Shown here piece after piece: positions 1 to 12,194 of a stretch of 64,000 nucleotides of DNA. The DNA comes from Octopus sinensis (lineage: Eukaryota): assembly GCF_006345805.1 (NCBI RefSeq), contig NC_043008.1:62000001-62064000 (forward strand), written 5' to 3'. The position numbers and the translations under genes were made by a program. Each line of letters starts with the position of its first letter. The stretch's first letter is position 1. The notes below the pieces were generated by a model that did not search any database, was not told the origin of the DNA, and saw only the letters and a list, made by a program, of their open reading frames with translations.

Positions 1-43
1 GTTATTATTATTATTATTATTGTTATTGTTATTGTTATTGTTA

Positions 44-81
<38 letters not shown>

Positions 82-131
82 GTTATTGTTATTGTTATTG
101 TTATTATTATCATTATTATTATTATTATTAT

Positions 132-161
<30 letters not shown>
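1..161. repeat. Compound trinucleotide microsatellite (TTA/TTG)n then (GTA)n
   Basis: Directly visible; it produces the poly-L/poly-V ORF 20..214. Confidence 0.97.
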
Positions 162-163
<2 letters not shown>

Positions 164-367
164 TGGCCGTCAGCCTGGCAAGCCACGCTTGATCACCCTC
201 CGCAGATTTTATAGGGAAAAATATTTGAACCTTCAAGTTTACACCATCGTGGACAAGTTATTTGTTGTCGAGTGGTGAATTCATTTTCCTGTTTGTCCCC
301 CAGCTTTGGGGGACACGTAAATTTAATTTGATCATTAATCATATTTATTTGCATTTTCTCAACCAAC

Positions 368-1590
368 ATGGAGAAAACACCACAAAACCCAGTGATGCTC
401 ATATGTGAGAGAGGTGGAAAGATGAGGAGCGTCACCAACTATCAATGAGAGAGAGTGCGAGCATGCGAAGCAACTTCGGGCTGCAAAATTAGAACAGACG
501 ATAGCATTTTTGTCGAAAAAAATAAAAAAGGCCGAAAAGGCCAACAGAGCTAATTTTTTCGAGAAGAATCTCTTACATCTTAGGAAAAGCAAAGGCTCCG
601 ATTTTGACAACATTTTACGAAATAAAAACAGCAAAGCGAAGCAACGGACGAATTGAGTGCAAGTTACAACAACATCAGCAGCACCGTTAATTACCACAAC
701 AGCAGCAACGGAAGCAACAAATGAAACAGCAGCAATGACAAAAACAATGAAGGAGCTGAAACATAAACCGGTGCAATGGATTCGATTAGCTCATCGAAAC
801 GTTCTTTCGCTGGAGTAGCCAAGTCATCTCCTCAGAGGATACAATTTTCTGAAGAGGAACTTGAAAATGCTAGACGCCTGGTCGAGAGCTGCAGGTTCCG
901 TCTGGAATTCAAAGGAATATACACAGAGATGAAGGGCCTGTGTAATGGTGTTCAATTCCGGACCGAGGAAAAAGCCAAAGGTCACACTCTTACGTAATAC
1001 CCCCAAAAGCTAGGGGATATTGTTAGTTCTTTTCTATTGCGGTCAGAGATTAGCTAAAATCATAATTCACCAGGTGCCACCAGAAATAGCCATTCATAGG
1101 CTAATTGCAGCAGTAATGATGGACTTCGAGGAAAACTAGGAAAATCTCCAAGTCTGTCAGATCAAAAAGGTGAACTGGTCCTGGATTACGAGAGAAGTCT
1201 TCATACAAACGACACAAAGGAATGTGAATCTCATCCCGGATCAGATCCTTCTTCCTGGAGGCAGCATAATTCCAGTTAGAGTAGATGGAAGGAAAGCAAA
1301 GTACCACATTAGCTTTTCAACTAACCATCTAAAAGCCTTCTGCCTTAGATTTAAGGTAAAAGAGAGACGGCAGCTCTCCTCCCTACACCAACAACTGTCG
1401 CCAAAACTCCAGCGACAAAAGCAGCAGCACTATCACCATCAGCAGGTTCAGCCGTGGCACCAACAACAACAACCATACCGACACCGAGTTACCCCAAACA
1501 CTTCTCTGCACCCGAAGATGTTCCAATTTCCGATGCGGAGCAGGTGCACATCACAAGTGGAGAGTCGGATCGCGATGAAAAGTGGAAGTT
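368..1590 (+). pseudogene. Decayed non-LTR retrotransposon ORF1-like (gag-like) sequence, Tx1/L1-type
   Basis: ORF 776..997 shifts into the frame of ORF 1170..1592. That frame reads ...YCGQRLAKIIIHQVPPEI (stop at 1137) ...IPDQILLPGGSIIPVRVDGRKAK-YHISFSTNHLKAFC. The last 14 residues (1302-1343) have exact CX2CX4HX4C spacing, and the first two Cys codons are one substitution from TGC (TAC, AGC). A Q/T/P-rich low-complexity tail follows. Confidence 0.6.
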
Positions 1591-1626
1591 AAAAACAAAA
1601 ACATAGACGGGAAAGTGGCAAAAAAA

Positions 1627-2039
1627 GGAGTGGCTGTGTGGTAAGTAGCTTGCTAACCACCCACATGGTTCCTGGTTCAGTCCCACTGCGTGGCATCTTG
1701 GGCAAGTGTCTTCTGCTATAGCCCCGGGCCGACCAAAGCCTTGTGAGTGGATTTGGTAGACGGAAACTGAAAGAAGCCTGTCGTATATATGTATATATAT
1801 ATATATATATTGCATGTGTGTGTTTGTGCGTCTGTGTTTGTCCCCCTAGCATTGCTTGACAACCGATGCTGGTGTGTTTACGTCCCCGTCACTTAGCGGT
1901 TCGACAAAAGAGACCGATAGAATAAGTACTGGGCTTACAAAGAATAAGTCCGGGGTCGATTTGCTCGACTAAAGGTGGTGCTCCAGCATGGCCACAGTCA
2001 AATGACTGAAACAAGTAAAAGAGTAAAAGAGTAAAAGAG
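1627..2039 (+). mobile_element. tRNA-derived SINE, family 1 (CORE-like central domain, internal TA/TG microsatellite, (GTAAAAGA)n tail)
   Basis: A-box-like tggctgtgtgg, B-box-like ggttcagtccc, CORE-like cttgggcaagtgtctt and a repeated gtaaaaga tail. Other copies lie at about 9115, 13195, 24770, 35625, 52158, 53345 and 60725. Confidence 0.9.
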
Positions 2040-2189
2040 AATATGGACAAACAACAAGAATCCTCATCCACAATTGAAGTAGAAACAAAAAATATCAAAA
2101 ACAACAGAAACAAGTACACGCAAAACAAAAAATGCATCGACACCACTACCTCTAACACCTGAAACACAAACCATCGCACACACGCAATC

Positions 2190-2354
2190 ACAACAATCAC
2201 AACCACAACCACCACCAACACCACCAAAACCAACACCACCACCACCACCACAACAACAACAACAACATGAGTCGCAACAACAGCTACAGTAACAACAACA
2301 AAAAGAACAACAACAACAACAATAACAGTAATAATAATAATAATAATAATAATG

Positions 2355-2424
<70 letters not shown>

Positions 2425-2432
2425 CAACAATA
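2190..2432. repeat. (CAA/CAC)n to (AAT)n microsatellite
   Basis: Directly visible. Confidence 0.95.
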
Positions 2433-2479
2433 TTGAAAAATAAATTAGGAATAAGAACCCAGGTTCGAAATTTCCCCAA

Positions 2480-2525
2480 GACACCTGAAGAAGGCTGGGG
2501 AGTATATCAGCTGAAACGTTGTGTT
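2480..2525 (+). ncRNA. Minimal type I hammerhead-like motif in a short Penelope-like terminal remnant (about 2440-2590)
   Basis: GACAC-CUGAAGA-A-GGCUG(10-nt loop)CAGCU-GAAAC-GUU-GUGUU. Stem I GACAC/GUGUU and stem II GGCUG/CAGCU both pair. Stem III is the loopless palindrome ACGU, and there is one extra A after the core. Confidence 0.6.
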
Positions 2526-2624
2526 AACAACAAACAAGATATGGCCAAATATCCGTCAATTGTAAATAATGTAAATAATGTAAATAATAATAATAATAAT
2601 AACAACAACAACAACAACAACAAC

Positions 2625-2686
<62 letters not shown>

Positions 2687-2689
<3 letters not shown>

Positions 2690-3242
2690 GCCCTGATGCA
2701 GTACCAGGCAGTGGCTCTCATGGCTTCTGATCTTAACTGATTGGAAGTGTTATCATGTACATTGTTTTGTCTTGGTATAAAAGATGGGCTACAGCAAATA
2801 TTCTGCTCAATACCACAGATTTGCTTGTCAGTTGTTTGGCCTTAACCAGTTGAGCATGTCCCTTAGTGGCTGACGATATGTGCATCTCTGATCACGAGCA
2901 GAAGTAGTGGGGGAGCATCATGGCCATGTGTTGAGAGGGATTCTTTGGGGTTTGAATAATTCACCCCTGGAAACATAGGTGTTTCGTTCAACATCCTAAA
3001 GCAACCCTTATTCAGGGACCTTTTGAGCAGGATGGGCTACTCAACCTGAAGAAAATTCTAACTGGGCCCCACCTGCAAGGTCATGTGCTGTTATCTTGAT
3101 ATGAGATCACCATGTCGCGCACATATGGTTGTGATGCATGTGCCTGGTGTACCTTTATCAGACGGGTAGTCATGATGGGTATATTGGGCTTCGTAGATTT
3201 TACCCCAGTGTCACTTTGATGGCATGAACTGCTCTCTCACTC

Positions 3243-3243
<1 letters not shown>
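2687..3243. repeat. Unclassified ~560-bp probable interspersed repeat between two (AAT)n tracts
   Basis: Higher-complexity island bounded exactly by (AAT)n on both sides. It resembles a common octopus repeat (from memory only) and has only one copy in this window. Confidence 0.4.
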
Positions 3244-3300
<57 letters not shown>

Positions 3301-3995
3301 TTAATAATAATAATCATGATGATGATGATAATGAGTAACTTCTCGTTTCTTCCCACAGGCCTCAATCAAAAATAAGTATTACTAAGTGCAGTGAGCTGCG
3401 AGGAGCATTAAGTGCGTCGGGAAAATGCCTTGGGGATATTTTCCCTATTGAATGCAGTTCAAATCCTGTTGGAGCAGAATTTGCATTTCATCCTTCCTAG
3501 ACCAATAAACTATAGTACCAGTTCTAGAGTCAAGAGTATAGACTAATCCTTTCCCCATAAAAATTAATGTTTCTGTGCAAACATTTAAAACACGGGTAGA
3601 ATAGTTAGAGCGCCAAAGTGTGGTGTAGCATTTCTTCCAGTTTATAACATTCTGGGTTCCTACACAACTTGCCTTTCACTTTTCCGGTTTCGATAAAAAT
3701 AATAATGGTGCTAGGACAATTGACTAACGTCCCGTCCATAAAATTGTTATCATTTTGCCACATTTTGCAACGATCCTTAATATTATTTCGTTTATTTTTC
3801 AATTTTGCATTTCTCTTTGTTTATCTCTGCTATATTTGCATTTTTTCTTTGTTTATTTTTCCTGTTATTTTTTCTCAAGATCTGCATAATATTCTTTGAA
3901 AGAAAAACCGGAAATGAAGATCGCACCTCAAATAAGTTAGTGCATATCACAGTAATATGAAGCTATACACACACACACACACATACATCTAATAC

Positions 3996-4081
<86 letters not shown>

Positions 4082-4838
4082 ACATATATATACAGACATA
4101 TATATACAGACATATATATATATGTATATATACAAATATTTACAACGGAATACGTATCACATTGGCCTACTGCATGTTCATACATGAAAAAATGAACTCT
4201 ATTTGGAGAGAATCCGAATTGGTGATATCAATAACGAACAAAAGAAATAATCTGATAACTCATGCATATACGAGTACAAGTCTTAATACTTCGAACACCT
4301 GATGTAGTTCCAATTTTAACACTAATTTCATCTTCTGTGTAAGATGAAAGCAAATTGCAGGCAAAATACTGCTTTAAGTCACAAGAACACATGGAAAACA
4401 ATTTGATTTCCCTTGGGAGTAGAGACGTAGATTGTGTTTTGTGAAATATTTAGCAATCGAGTTTCACGTGTGGTCCTTAGATAGATATATTCTTATGTGA
4501 AAGCAGCATGTGATAAACACAATATATACGTACTCGCACACACACACACATACACACACACAAACACACACTGACGGATGCACACACACAAACGCATAAA
4601 TAATCCTGTTTACATGGGATGTGTGGCAATACGTGCGTGCTGCTGACTCCACGCTTTTTACAAAAGTATTATCAACATGAGAATGTGACCTTTCGGCTTC
4701 CGATTCAAAACTGCAATTGAATACAATCAACTATAATGTTTGGAGCACGAAGATGACGGTTAAGGGATATGATACCTGCTCTTTAAACTAACGTATACAC
4801 GCAAATACATACATCCATAGATCCATCCATCCATACAC

Positions 4839-4914
<76 letters not shown>

Positions 4915-4961
4915 GATATATATATATATATAATATATTATATATATATATAATATATTAT

Positions 4962-4994
<33 letters not shown>

Positions 4995-6041
4995 GTGTAT
5001 ATATATATATAAATTATGGTTCTCATTGTGGCAGAAAGATAGAAGAGTGATTGAAGAACCGAGTGTTTCGTGATAAGTGCCACGCACGAAACTTACAAGG
5101 TTTATACCTGTTTGAATTATTCTGCCTATGCAAAATTATGTATATACATACAAGGATACATGCCTAGATATACATAAATATATACATATATGCACATATA
5201 TGTATATACACATATATAGATGCATAATACATATATATACATATACATACACATATACACACACATATGTGTGTGTGGGTGTGGATGTGAATGTATATGT
5301 GTATCTAAAAAATAACAAAGCATTCCAAATCATGTTTGAGTATCCTTATAATTGAGGGCTGAATTAGCTAGGCTCTTCTGTCTTTGAGTCATAATGAAGT
5401 CAATTCAACTACTAGTTATTTTTGATTCAGTTGATAGTACGGTTCAGGTGTATGTAATATAATAGGAAGTGCATCAACGAAGGAAAGTCTGATGTAGTGG
5501 ATGCATTACCTATTATTTATTAGGCAGATTTGATCCGTATGTATTAAAGTACTTCAAAGTATCACTATGGTTTGACTTCATTGTGACAAATTGCATGTCT
5601 CAATGCAATTAGAAATTATCCGATCCAGGTATACATACATGCATAAGTGGAATCCGTACCGAGTAACGTGTACTGACACCGAGTCATATAATTTGTCATT
5701 ATGATGTCAGTTTTGCATTATCTCTCTCTCTCTATATATATATATATGTATATTATGCAGACCATTCTAAACCACATCTATTTTTTGTTGTCCTTTCGTT
5801 ACCAAATTAGCTTGCTAAGTGATGTGGCGGTTTCTTTCTTTCGATGTCTAAATTGTTATAAATTCGAGTTTTCTAATAGTACATTTATTAACTCTAACAA
5901 CTAGCCATTCGTACACTACGTTCTGCTAGAGACATAGTCTACTTAACGGACTTATATTTAGTTCCCTACAGTTAAAATTACATTCACCATTATCACTACT
6001 TTTATTATCAAAAAATCATAATAATAATATCATTGTTATAT

Positions 6042-6107
<66 letters not shown>

Positions 6108-6109
6108 TC

Positions 6110-6790
6110 TTTGATCTGAAACGTTGCCCCTTCAAATTTAGTATACCTCCTACAAAAGACTGGAATTTTACATCATGGTAATACTTGAAAGTATGTTAGT
6201 GCATCAGGGAAAAACTTTGGTAAAAAGCGCAGTGGCTGAAACACATCCTTGTTTGGTTCCAGTAGCAACAGAATATGCCTCTGAAAATTGATTACTAGAT
6301 ACCGCTGTTGCTATCATTTTTTTTTATGTAGAGATAAAATTACACTTTTCCTTTTATCAGGAAGACTATCTTTGAACGAAATTTTCCATAGTGCCTCACT
6401 ATTCACCGTATCAAGGAATTGGCCAAGTCGACAAAGACCAAGTACAAATCAGTAATTTGTTCACTTGCTTTCTCTTAACCTTTTCGGAGCGCAAAAATCA
6501 TGTCGACTGTGCATCTCCCAGCCCGATGTCCACATTGGGATTCAGGAAATGTGCTTTTTATTACATGTTTGTTGATGCGCAAGAATATTTCCAGCTACGC
6601 ACAACAAGCTTATTCCTCTGTGATTATTGAATACAGTCTTCTTCCACTTATTTTTCTACAAGTACATTACAGATGCGTCTTTGACCTTTTGGAGAACAGA
6701 TCCAGTTTCCTAGAAAAAAAACAGATCAATTTGCACAGCTTACTTACAAGTTGTCTGCCACCATTCTTGTACAACGCTGTAGTTATTTTT
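6110..6790 (-). pseudogene. RTE-clade LINE reverse transcriptase fragment with frameshifts and stops
   Basis: Minus-strand peptides ALYKNGGRQLV, KDASVMYL*KNK, NNHRGISLLCVAGNILA, PESQCGHRAGRCTVDMIFALR, LYLVFVDL, DTVNSEALWK and FSEAYSVATGTKQGCVSATALF match the conserved RT motifs of RTE/BovB-like LINEs in the right order. Confidence 0.9.
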
Positions 6791-7054
6791 CTGTTAATAT
6801 TGTTGCGATTCATCTTACAATTGTTATTGTTGCATTTGTTGTTGTGGTGGTTTTAAAAACATATTGACAGCGTTTCAGGTCATATAGTTTATGACCAGGA
6901 TCCTCACCTTTCATTTCATATTGTGTACCATTTCTTGATAGGTACATCCGTGGTTGGCAGACACAATCTCTCACTATGTTTCACACTACCGCCTAAACGT
7001 TGGGTATTTTTGCCAGGATTGAACCTATTGCTAGCATTCGGCTGAGATTTTTTT

Positions 7055-8543
7055 TATTTCTTTAAAGCCCACTAGGGGATAAACATAGAGATGACAAACA
7101 AGAACAGACAAATGGATTAATTCGATTACATCGACACCTGTGCGTAGCTGGTACTTAATTTATCGACCCCCGAAAGGATGAAAGGCAAAGTCGACCTCGG
7201 CGGAATTTGAACTCAGAACGAAACGGCAGACGAAATACCTATTTCTTTACTGCCCACAAGGGGCTACACACAGAGGGGACAATCAATGACGGACAAACGG
7301 ATTAACTCGATTATATCGACCCCAGTGCGTAACTGGTACTTATTTAATCGACCCCGAAAGGATGAAAGGCAAAGTCGACCTCGGCGGAATTTGAACTTAG
7401 AACGAAACGGCAGACGAAATACCTATTTCTTTACTGCCCACTAGGGGCTAAACATAGAGGGGACAAACAAGGACGGACAAACGGATTAAGTCGATTATAT
7501 CGACCCCAGTGCGTAACTGGTACTTATTAATCGACCCCGAAAAGATGAAAGGCAAAGTCGACCTCGGCGGAATTTGAACTCAGAACGAAACGGCAGACGA
7601 AATACCTATTTCTTTACTGCCCACAAGGGGCTACACACAGAGGGGACAAACGGATTAAGTCGATTATATCGAACCCAGTGCGTAACTGGTACTTATTTAA
7701 TCGACCCCGAAAGGATGAAAGGCAAAGTCGACCTCGGCGGAATTTGAACTCAGAACGAAACGGCAGACGAAATACCTATTTCTTTACTGCCCACAAGGGG
7801 CTACACACAGAGGGGACAAACGGATTAAGTCGATTATATCGAACCCAGTGCGTAACTGGTACTTATTTAATCGACCCCGAAAGGATGAAAGGCAAAGTCG
7901 ACCTCGGCGGAATTTGAACTCAGAACGAAACGGCAGACGAAATACCTATTTCTTTACTGCCCACAAGGGGCTACACACAGAGGGGACAAACAAGGACGGA
8001 CAAACGGATTAAGTCGATTATATCGACCCCAGTGCGTAACTGGTACTTATTTAATCGACCCCGAAAAGATGAAAGGCAAAGTCGACCTCGGCGGAATTTG
8101 AACTCAGAACGAAACGGCAGACGAAATACCTATTTCTTTACTGCCCACAAGGGTCTACACACAGAGGGGACAAACAAAGACAGACAAACGGATTAGGTTG
8201 ATTATATCGACTGCGTAACTGGTACTTATTTAATCGACCCCGAAAGGATGAAAGGCAAAGTCGACTTCGACGGAATTTGAACTCAGAACGAAACGGCAGA
8301 CGAAATACCTATTTCTTTACTGCCCAAAAGGGGCTACACACAGAGAGGACAAACAAGGACGGACAAACGGATTAAGTCGATTACATCGACACCTGTGCGT
8401 AGCTGGTACTTAATTTATCGACCCCCCGAAAGGATGAAAGGCAATGTCGACCTCGGCGGAATTTGAACTCAGAACGTAACGGCAGACGAAATACGGCCAC
8501 GCATTTCGCCCGGCGTGCTAACGTTTCTGCAGCTCGCCGCCTT
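7055..8543 (-). mobile_element. Head-to-tail octamer of SINE family 2 (Meta/MESC-like domain): one full copy plus seven 5'-truncated units
   Basis: Units start at 7055, 7239, 7423, 7606, 7776, 7946, 8130 and 8309 (170-184 bp). Only the last has the tRNA head (to about 8543). The array is flanked by attc(g/t)gctgagattt at 7036-7050 and 8545-8559. Confidence 0.92.
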
Positions 8544-8953
8544 AATTCTGCTGAGATTTCTGATTTGAAGATAACTTCTTCACTTATCTCTAAGATCCTG
8601 TACATTGTCATAAACACTGCTTTGCCAAAGTAGATAAAATGCAAAAGATGTTTTCATCTCGATCCGCTTTTGATATCCTACTACTTTGCTACATCCTTTC
8701 CAAATAAGGTTATTTTTACATACATACACACACTCTAATAAGCATACACACATACGCATACATACACATACACCCACACATGCATGCTCACACACATACA
8801 CACATATATTTGTTTAGTTTAGTTTGGGCCAACGTCTCCTGATGTACCCTTAACAGTTCCTGTGCGTCTTGTCTTCTATAGAATTATTCAAATACATTAT
8901 TATCGAGAATAATCTTAAATACTATATGAATATGCGCAATTAAAACTTAGAAC

Positions 8954-9505
8954 AGGAGTGGCTGTGTGGTGGGCGCAGGAGTGGCTCTGTGGTGGACGAA
9001 GGAGTGGCTGTGTAGTGGGCGCAGGAGTGGCTGTGTAGTAGGCGCAGGAGTGGCTGTGTAGTGGGCGCAGGAGTGGCTGTATAGTGGGCTCAGGAGTGGC
9101 TGTGTAGTGGGCGCAGGAGTGGCTGTGTGGTAAGATATTTGCTTACCAACCACATGGTTCCGGGATCAGTCCCACTGCGTGGCACCTTGGGCAAGTACCT
9201 TCTACTATAGCCTCGGGGTGATCAAAACCTTGTGAGTGGATTTGGTAGACGGAAACTGAAAGAAGCCCGTCTTATATATGTATATATATATATATGATTG
9301 TGTGTCTGTGTTTATCCCCCCAACATCGCTTGACAACCGATACTGGTGTGTTTACCTCCCCGTAATTTAGCGTTCGGCAAATGAGACCGATAGAATAAGT
9401 ATTAGACTTACAAAGAATAATCTCTGGGGTCGATTTGCTCAACTAAAAGTGGTGCTCCAGCATGGCCACAGTCAAATGACTGAAACAAGTAAAAGAGTTT
9501 AAGAG
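8954..9505 (+). mobile_element. SINE family 1 copy preceded by seven tandem 23-bp copies of its own 5' end
   Basis: The unit aggagtggctgtgt(a/g)gtgggcgc starts at 8954, 8977, 9000, 9023, 9046, 9069 and 9092, followed by a normal SINE from 9115. Confidence 0.9.
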
Positions 9506-9667
9506 TAACCTTACGATTAATACATCGACACAGTTTTCAAGTATTTAGTGCGTGATTCTTTATGTTATTCAGAAATAAGTCCTTTAATTTTACCTTTGTC
9601 GCAAATATGCCACATACTGAATTGTATATACACTCACACCCAAATATATAAAAAAAAACATATACAC

Positions 9668-9870
9668 ATATGGTCATGAATGACCATGGGATTGCACCTA
9701 GAAAGTTACTCTCCGAGGTACAATTCCAGGCAAGGATGTCTATTGAAGTCCAGCAGTCGCCCATGCATACTAGCCCCCTCTCCAAGAGAAAGCTGAGTGA
9801 ACTGGAGCAACATGAAATAAATGTCATGCTCAAGAACACAACACACAGCCCGCTCCGGGAATCGAACTTA
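9668..9870 (-). mobile_element. SINE family 3 (CORE-like, different tail), partial
   Basis: The minus strand has a B-box-like ttcgattcccggagcgggc followed by gtgttcttgagcatgaca...ttgctccagttcactcagc, a CORE-like motif. Confidence 0.6.
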
Positions 9871-9914
9871 GTACCTCATTATTATGAGCCATATAACATA
9901 CATGTATACATACA

Positions 9915-10133
9915 TAGGCTCAAGCATGGCTGAGTGGTAAGAAGCTCGCTTTCTCAATCACATGGTTCCAGGTCCAGTCGCAGTTCTCGTCGCTGTTCCT
10001 TTTAAAAAAAAGGACTGCTCGCTTAGCCAGCGGGCTGGCATCATTTGAAGGCTAAAACAATGCGAAGCGCATTGTGACCAGTGATGTGTAGCAACATCTG
10101 ATAGCCTCGTCGGTCACGGTGATCACGGTGATA
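9915..10133 (+). mobile_element. Chimeric or internally deleted SINE: tRNA head plus RTE-like 3' tail
   Basis: Head gcatggctgagtggtaagaagctcgct...ggttccaggtccagtc. The tail from 10064 matches the RTE 3' end at 27714 (32 of 38 nt). Confidence 0.65.
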
Positions 10134-11739
10134 ACATACATACGTATCATTTATATCGGCATGTGTGTGTTTGTATCTTTCTGTCTGTTTCAGCAAACGG
10201 TACTTAGCTGCCACATCGCATTCTAAATATCATAACGTCTTTTAGAGTTTTATTGAATACAATCAGATAAACGTTTAATTTTTCTCAACTCTGTCATATA
10301 TATTTCCTTTTACCCGTTTCTCTTCACACACTTTCTATTTCTTAATCGGAATATTTTGCATGCTTATATTTTTATACACTTAGTCTGCTTCCTATAACAG
10401 AACTGTACAATTTCCATTGAAGCCCTCCCAGTGTCTTTCGCTCTATAATTCTCACTTCAAGTGTTTTCTATTTTCAAAAAACTGAACGGCTTTATGGCAT
10501 TTTTCCTTCTTTTAAAATAATCCTCCTAAGCTCATCTGTTTTGTATTCACGTATGCAATTATGTTTGACAAGAACGTGTACAGTATAGCATTAACCCAAT
10601 ACGAACAATGAATTATTTCAGTATAATAGAAGGATATCACCTGTCTTGAAACATTAGTTATGCCAGCGACTTGCATAGGTAATGATTTAACAAAATGGTT
10701 ACAACAAGCATGTAGCAAACGAGCTATTTCCTGATGTAATTACAGGCCTTTTTGAGGCACGAGAGCGTCACTTCAGTGAATAAGACTGCCATTGAAGTGC
10801 TTTGTACGCGAGAAAGTTAAATTTTATCTCATTGAAATTGTTATTACGTAATGGCTGAGAATGTGCAAGAGATTATTTCGGAACACTTTCATATCCAATC
10901 ATACTTGGAACTAATAATTACCTTTCAGTTTCAAAGGAATCACGGTTCTCCCTTTGGAATGAAATTAACCTAAAACCGCCAATGAACCATTCCTTAACAA
11001 TGGTAATCCTTTGGTGACTAAAGTATCAGACTTCTTACTCAAGGACAATGAGGTGATTGCAACCTAATATAGGCAATTTCATTATGTTTCTAGTTAAACC
11101 GTTTACTCTGGCTTCTCTGCAGCATTTAGTTTTCATCTGTCGACTAGACATTGATCAGATGCTGATTGTGAAATAATAGGAAAATGTAATGTAGTACACT
11201 ATCCAACAATAAATACACATAGATTAGCTATGTTAACAGTAGAAAATAAAATATTGATTTAAAAAACCGTATTGTTTTGTTTGTTATTTCTGTAATTCTA
11301 ACAATAGTTATGAAAATAATTGTTCGATGATAGCAATATATCATTATATATAACACGTGTAATTTGAAAATACTATCTTTGATCATATTTACTAAAGAAC
11401 GTGGCACACATTTAACATGTTGTAAAAGTACTATGGTGAAAATTGTCTTCATGATTGCAATACAAACAAGTTCATCATTAGAATAATTATAGAGTTGATT
11501 CTTTTGACAATAGAGATGAAAGACAATTGAGGTGTATTTACCAGGAGCTATATTGTAAAAATAGACTAATCATATTTCCTATTTCTCCAAAGTTTAGAAA
11601 TGAGAACTACGTAACTGTTTTAGTAACAATTCTAATTGTTATGCTTTACTACAAGGAATTTAGAATAAAATATAGGCTATGTATATATACCACACAAGCA
11701 TATGTAAATACATACATACATATATATATATTATATATA

Positions 11740-11806
<67 letters not shown>

Positions 11807-12130
11807 ATACGTATATATATGTATATACATATATAGGTATATACATATATATACACATATGTATATATATATTTATATATACACATATATATACGTGTGT
11901 GTGTGTGTGTGTGTTTGTGTTCATAATGGTCGCATCGTAATCAGAGCAACAAAAGCCTAAAGCATTTCCGTGAACAAAAGATCCACACAAAATTATATAG
12001 ATAGGTGGACAGACAAACGGACGGACAGACAAATAGACAGGTAGACAGGCAGTTAAACAGATAGCTTGATTGATCGATAGTGGGAGGACGAATTGGAGAT
12101 AGGTGTATAGTAATTATTGATATCTATGCA

Positions 12131-12194
<64 letters not shown>

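Noticed and set aside
2960-3020. Minus-strand CTGAATA...GAAAC-ACCTAT-GTT motif
   Set aside because: The core is not CUGANGA and stem II does not pair convincingly.
5051-5096. TTGAAGA...GAAAC motif with an 8-bp inverted repeat beside (TA)n
   Set aside because: The core lacks C3, there is no GUH site and no stem I. At best it is a dead hammerhead relic.
7055-9137. CRISPR-like appearance of the SINE octamer and the 23-bp repeats
   Set aside because: There are no unique spacers, the units are SINE-derived, the context is eukaryotic, and no cas genes are present.
11228-11452. Hydrophobic 74-aa ORF suggesting a membrane protein
   Set aside because: Explained by AT-rich composition; no motif or continuation.
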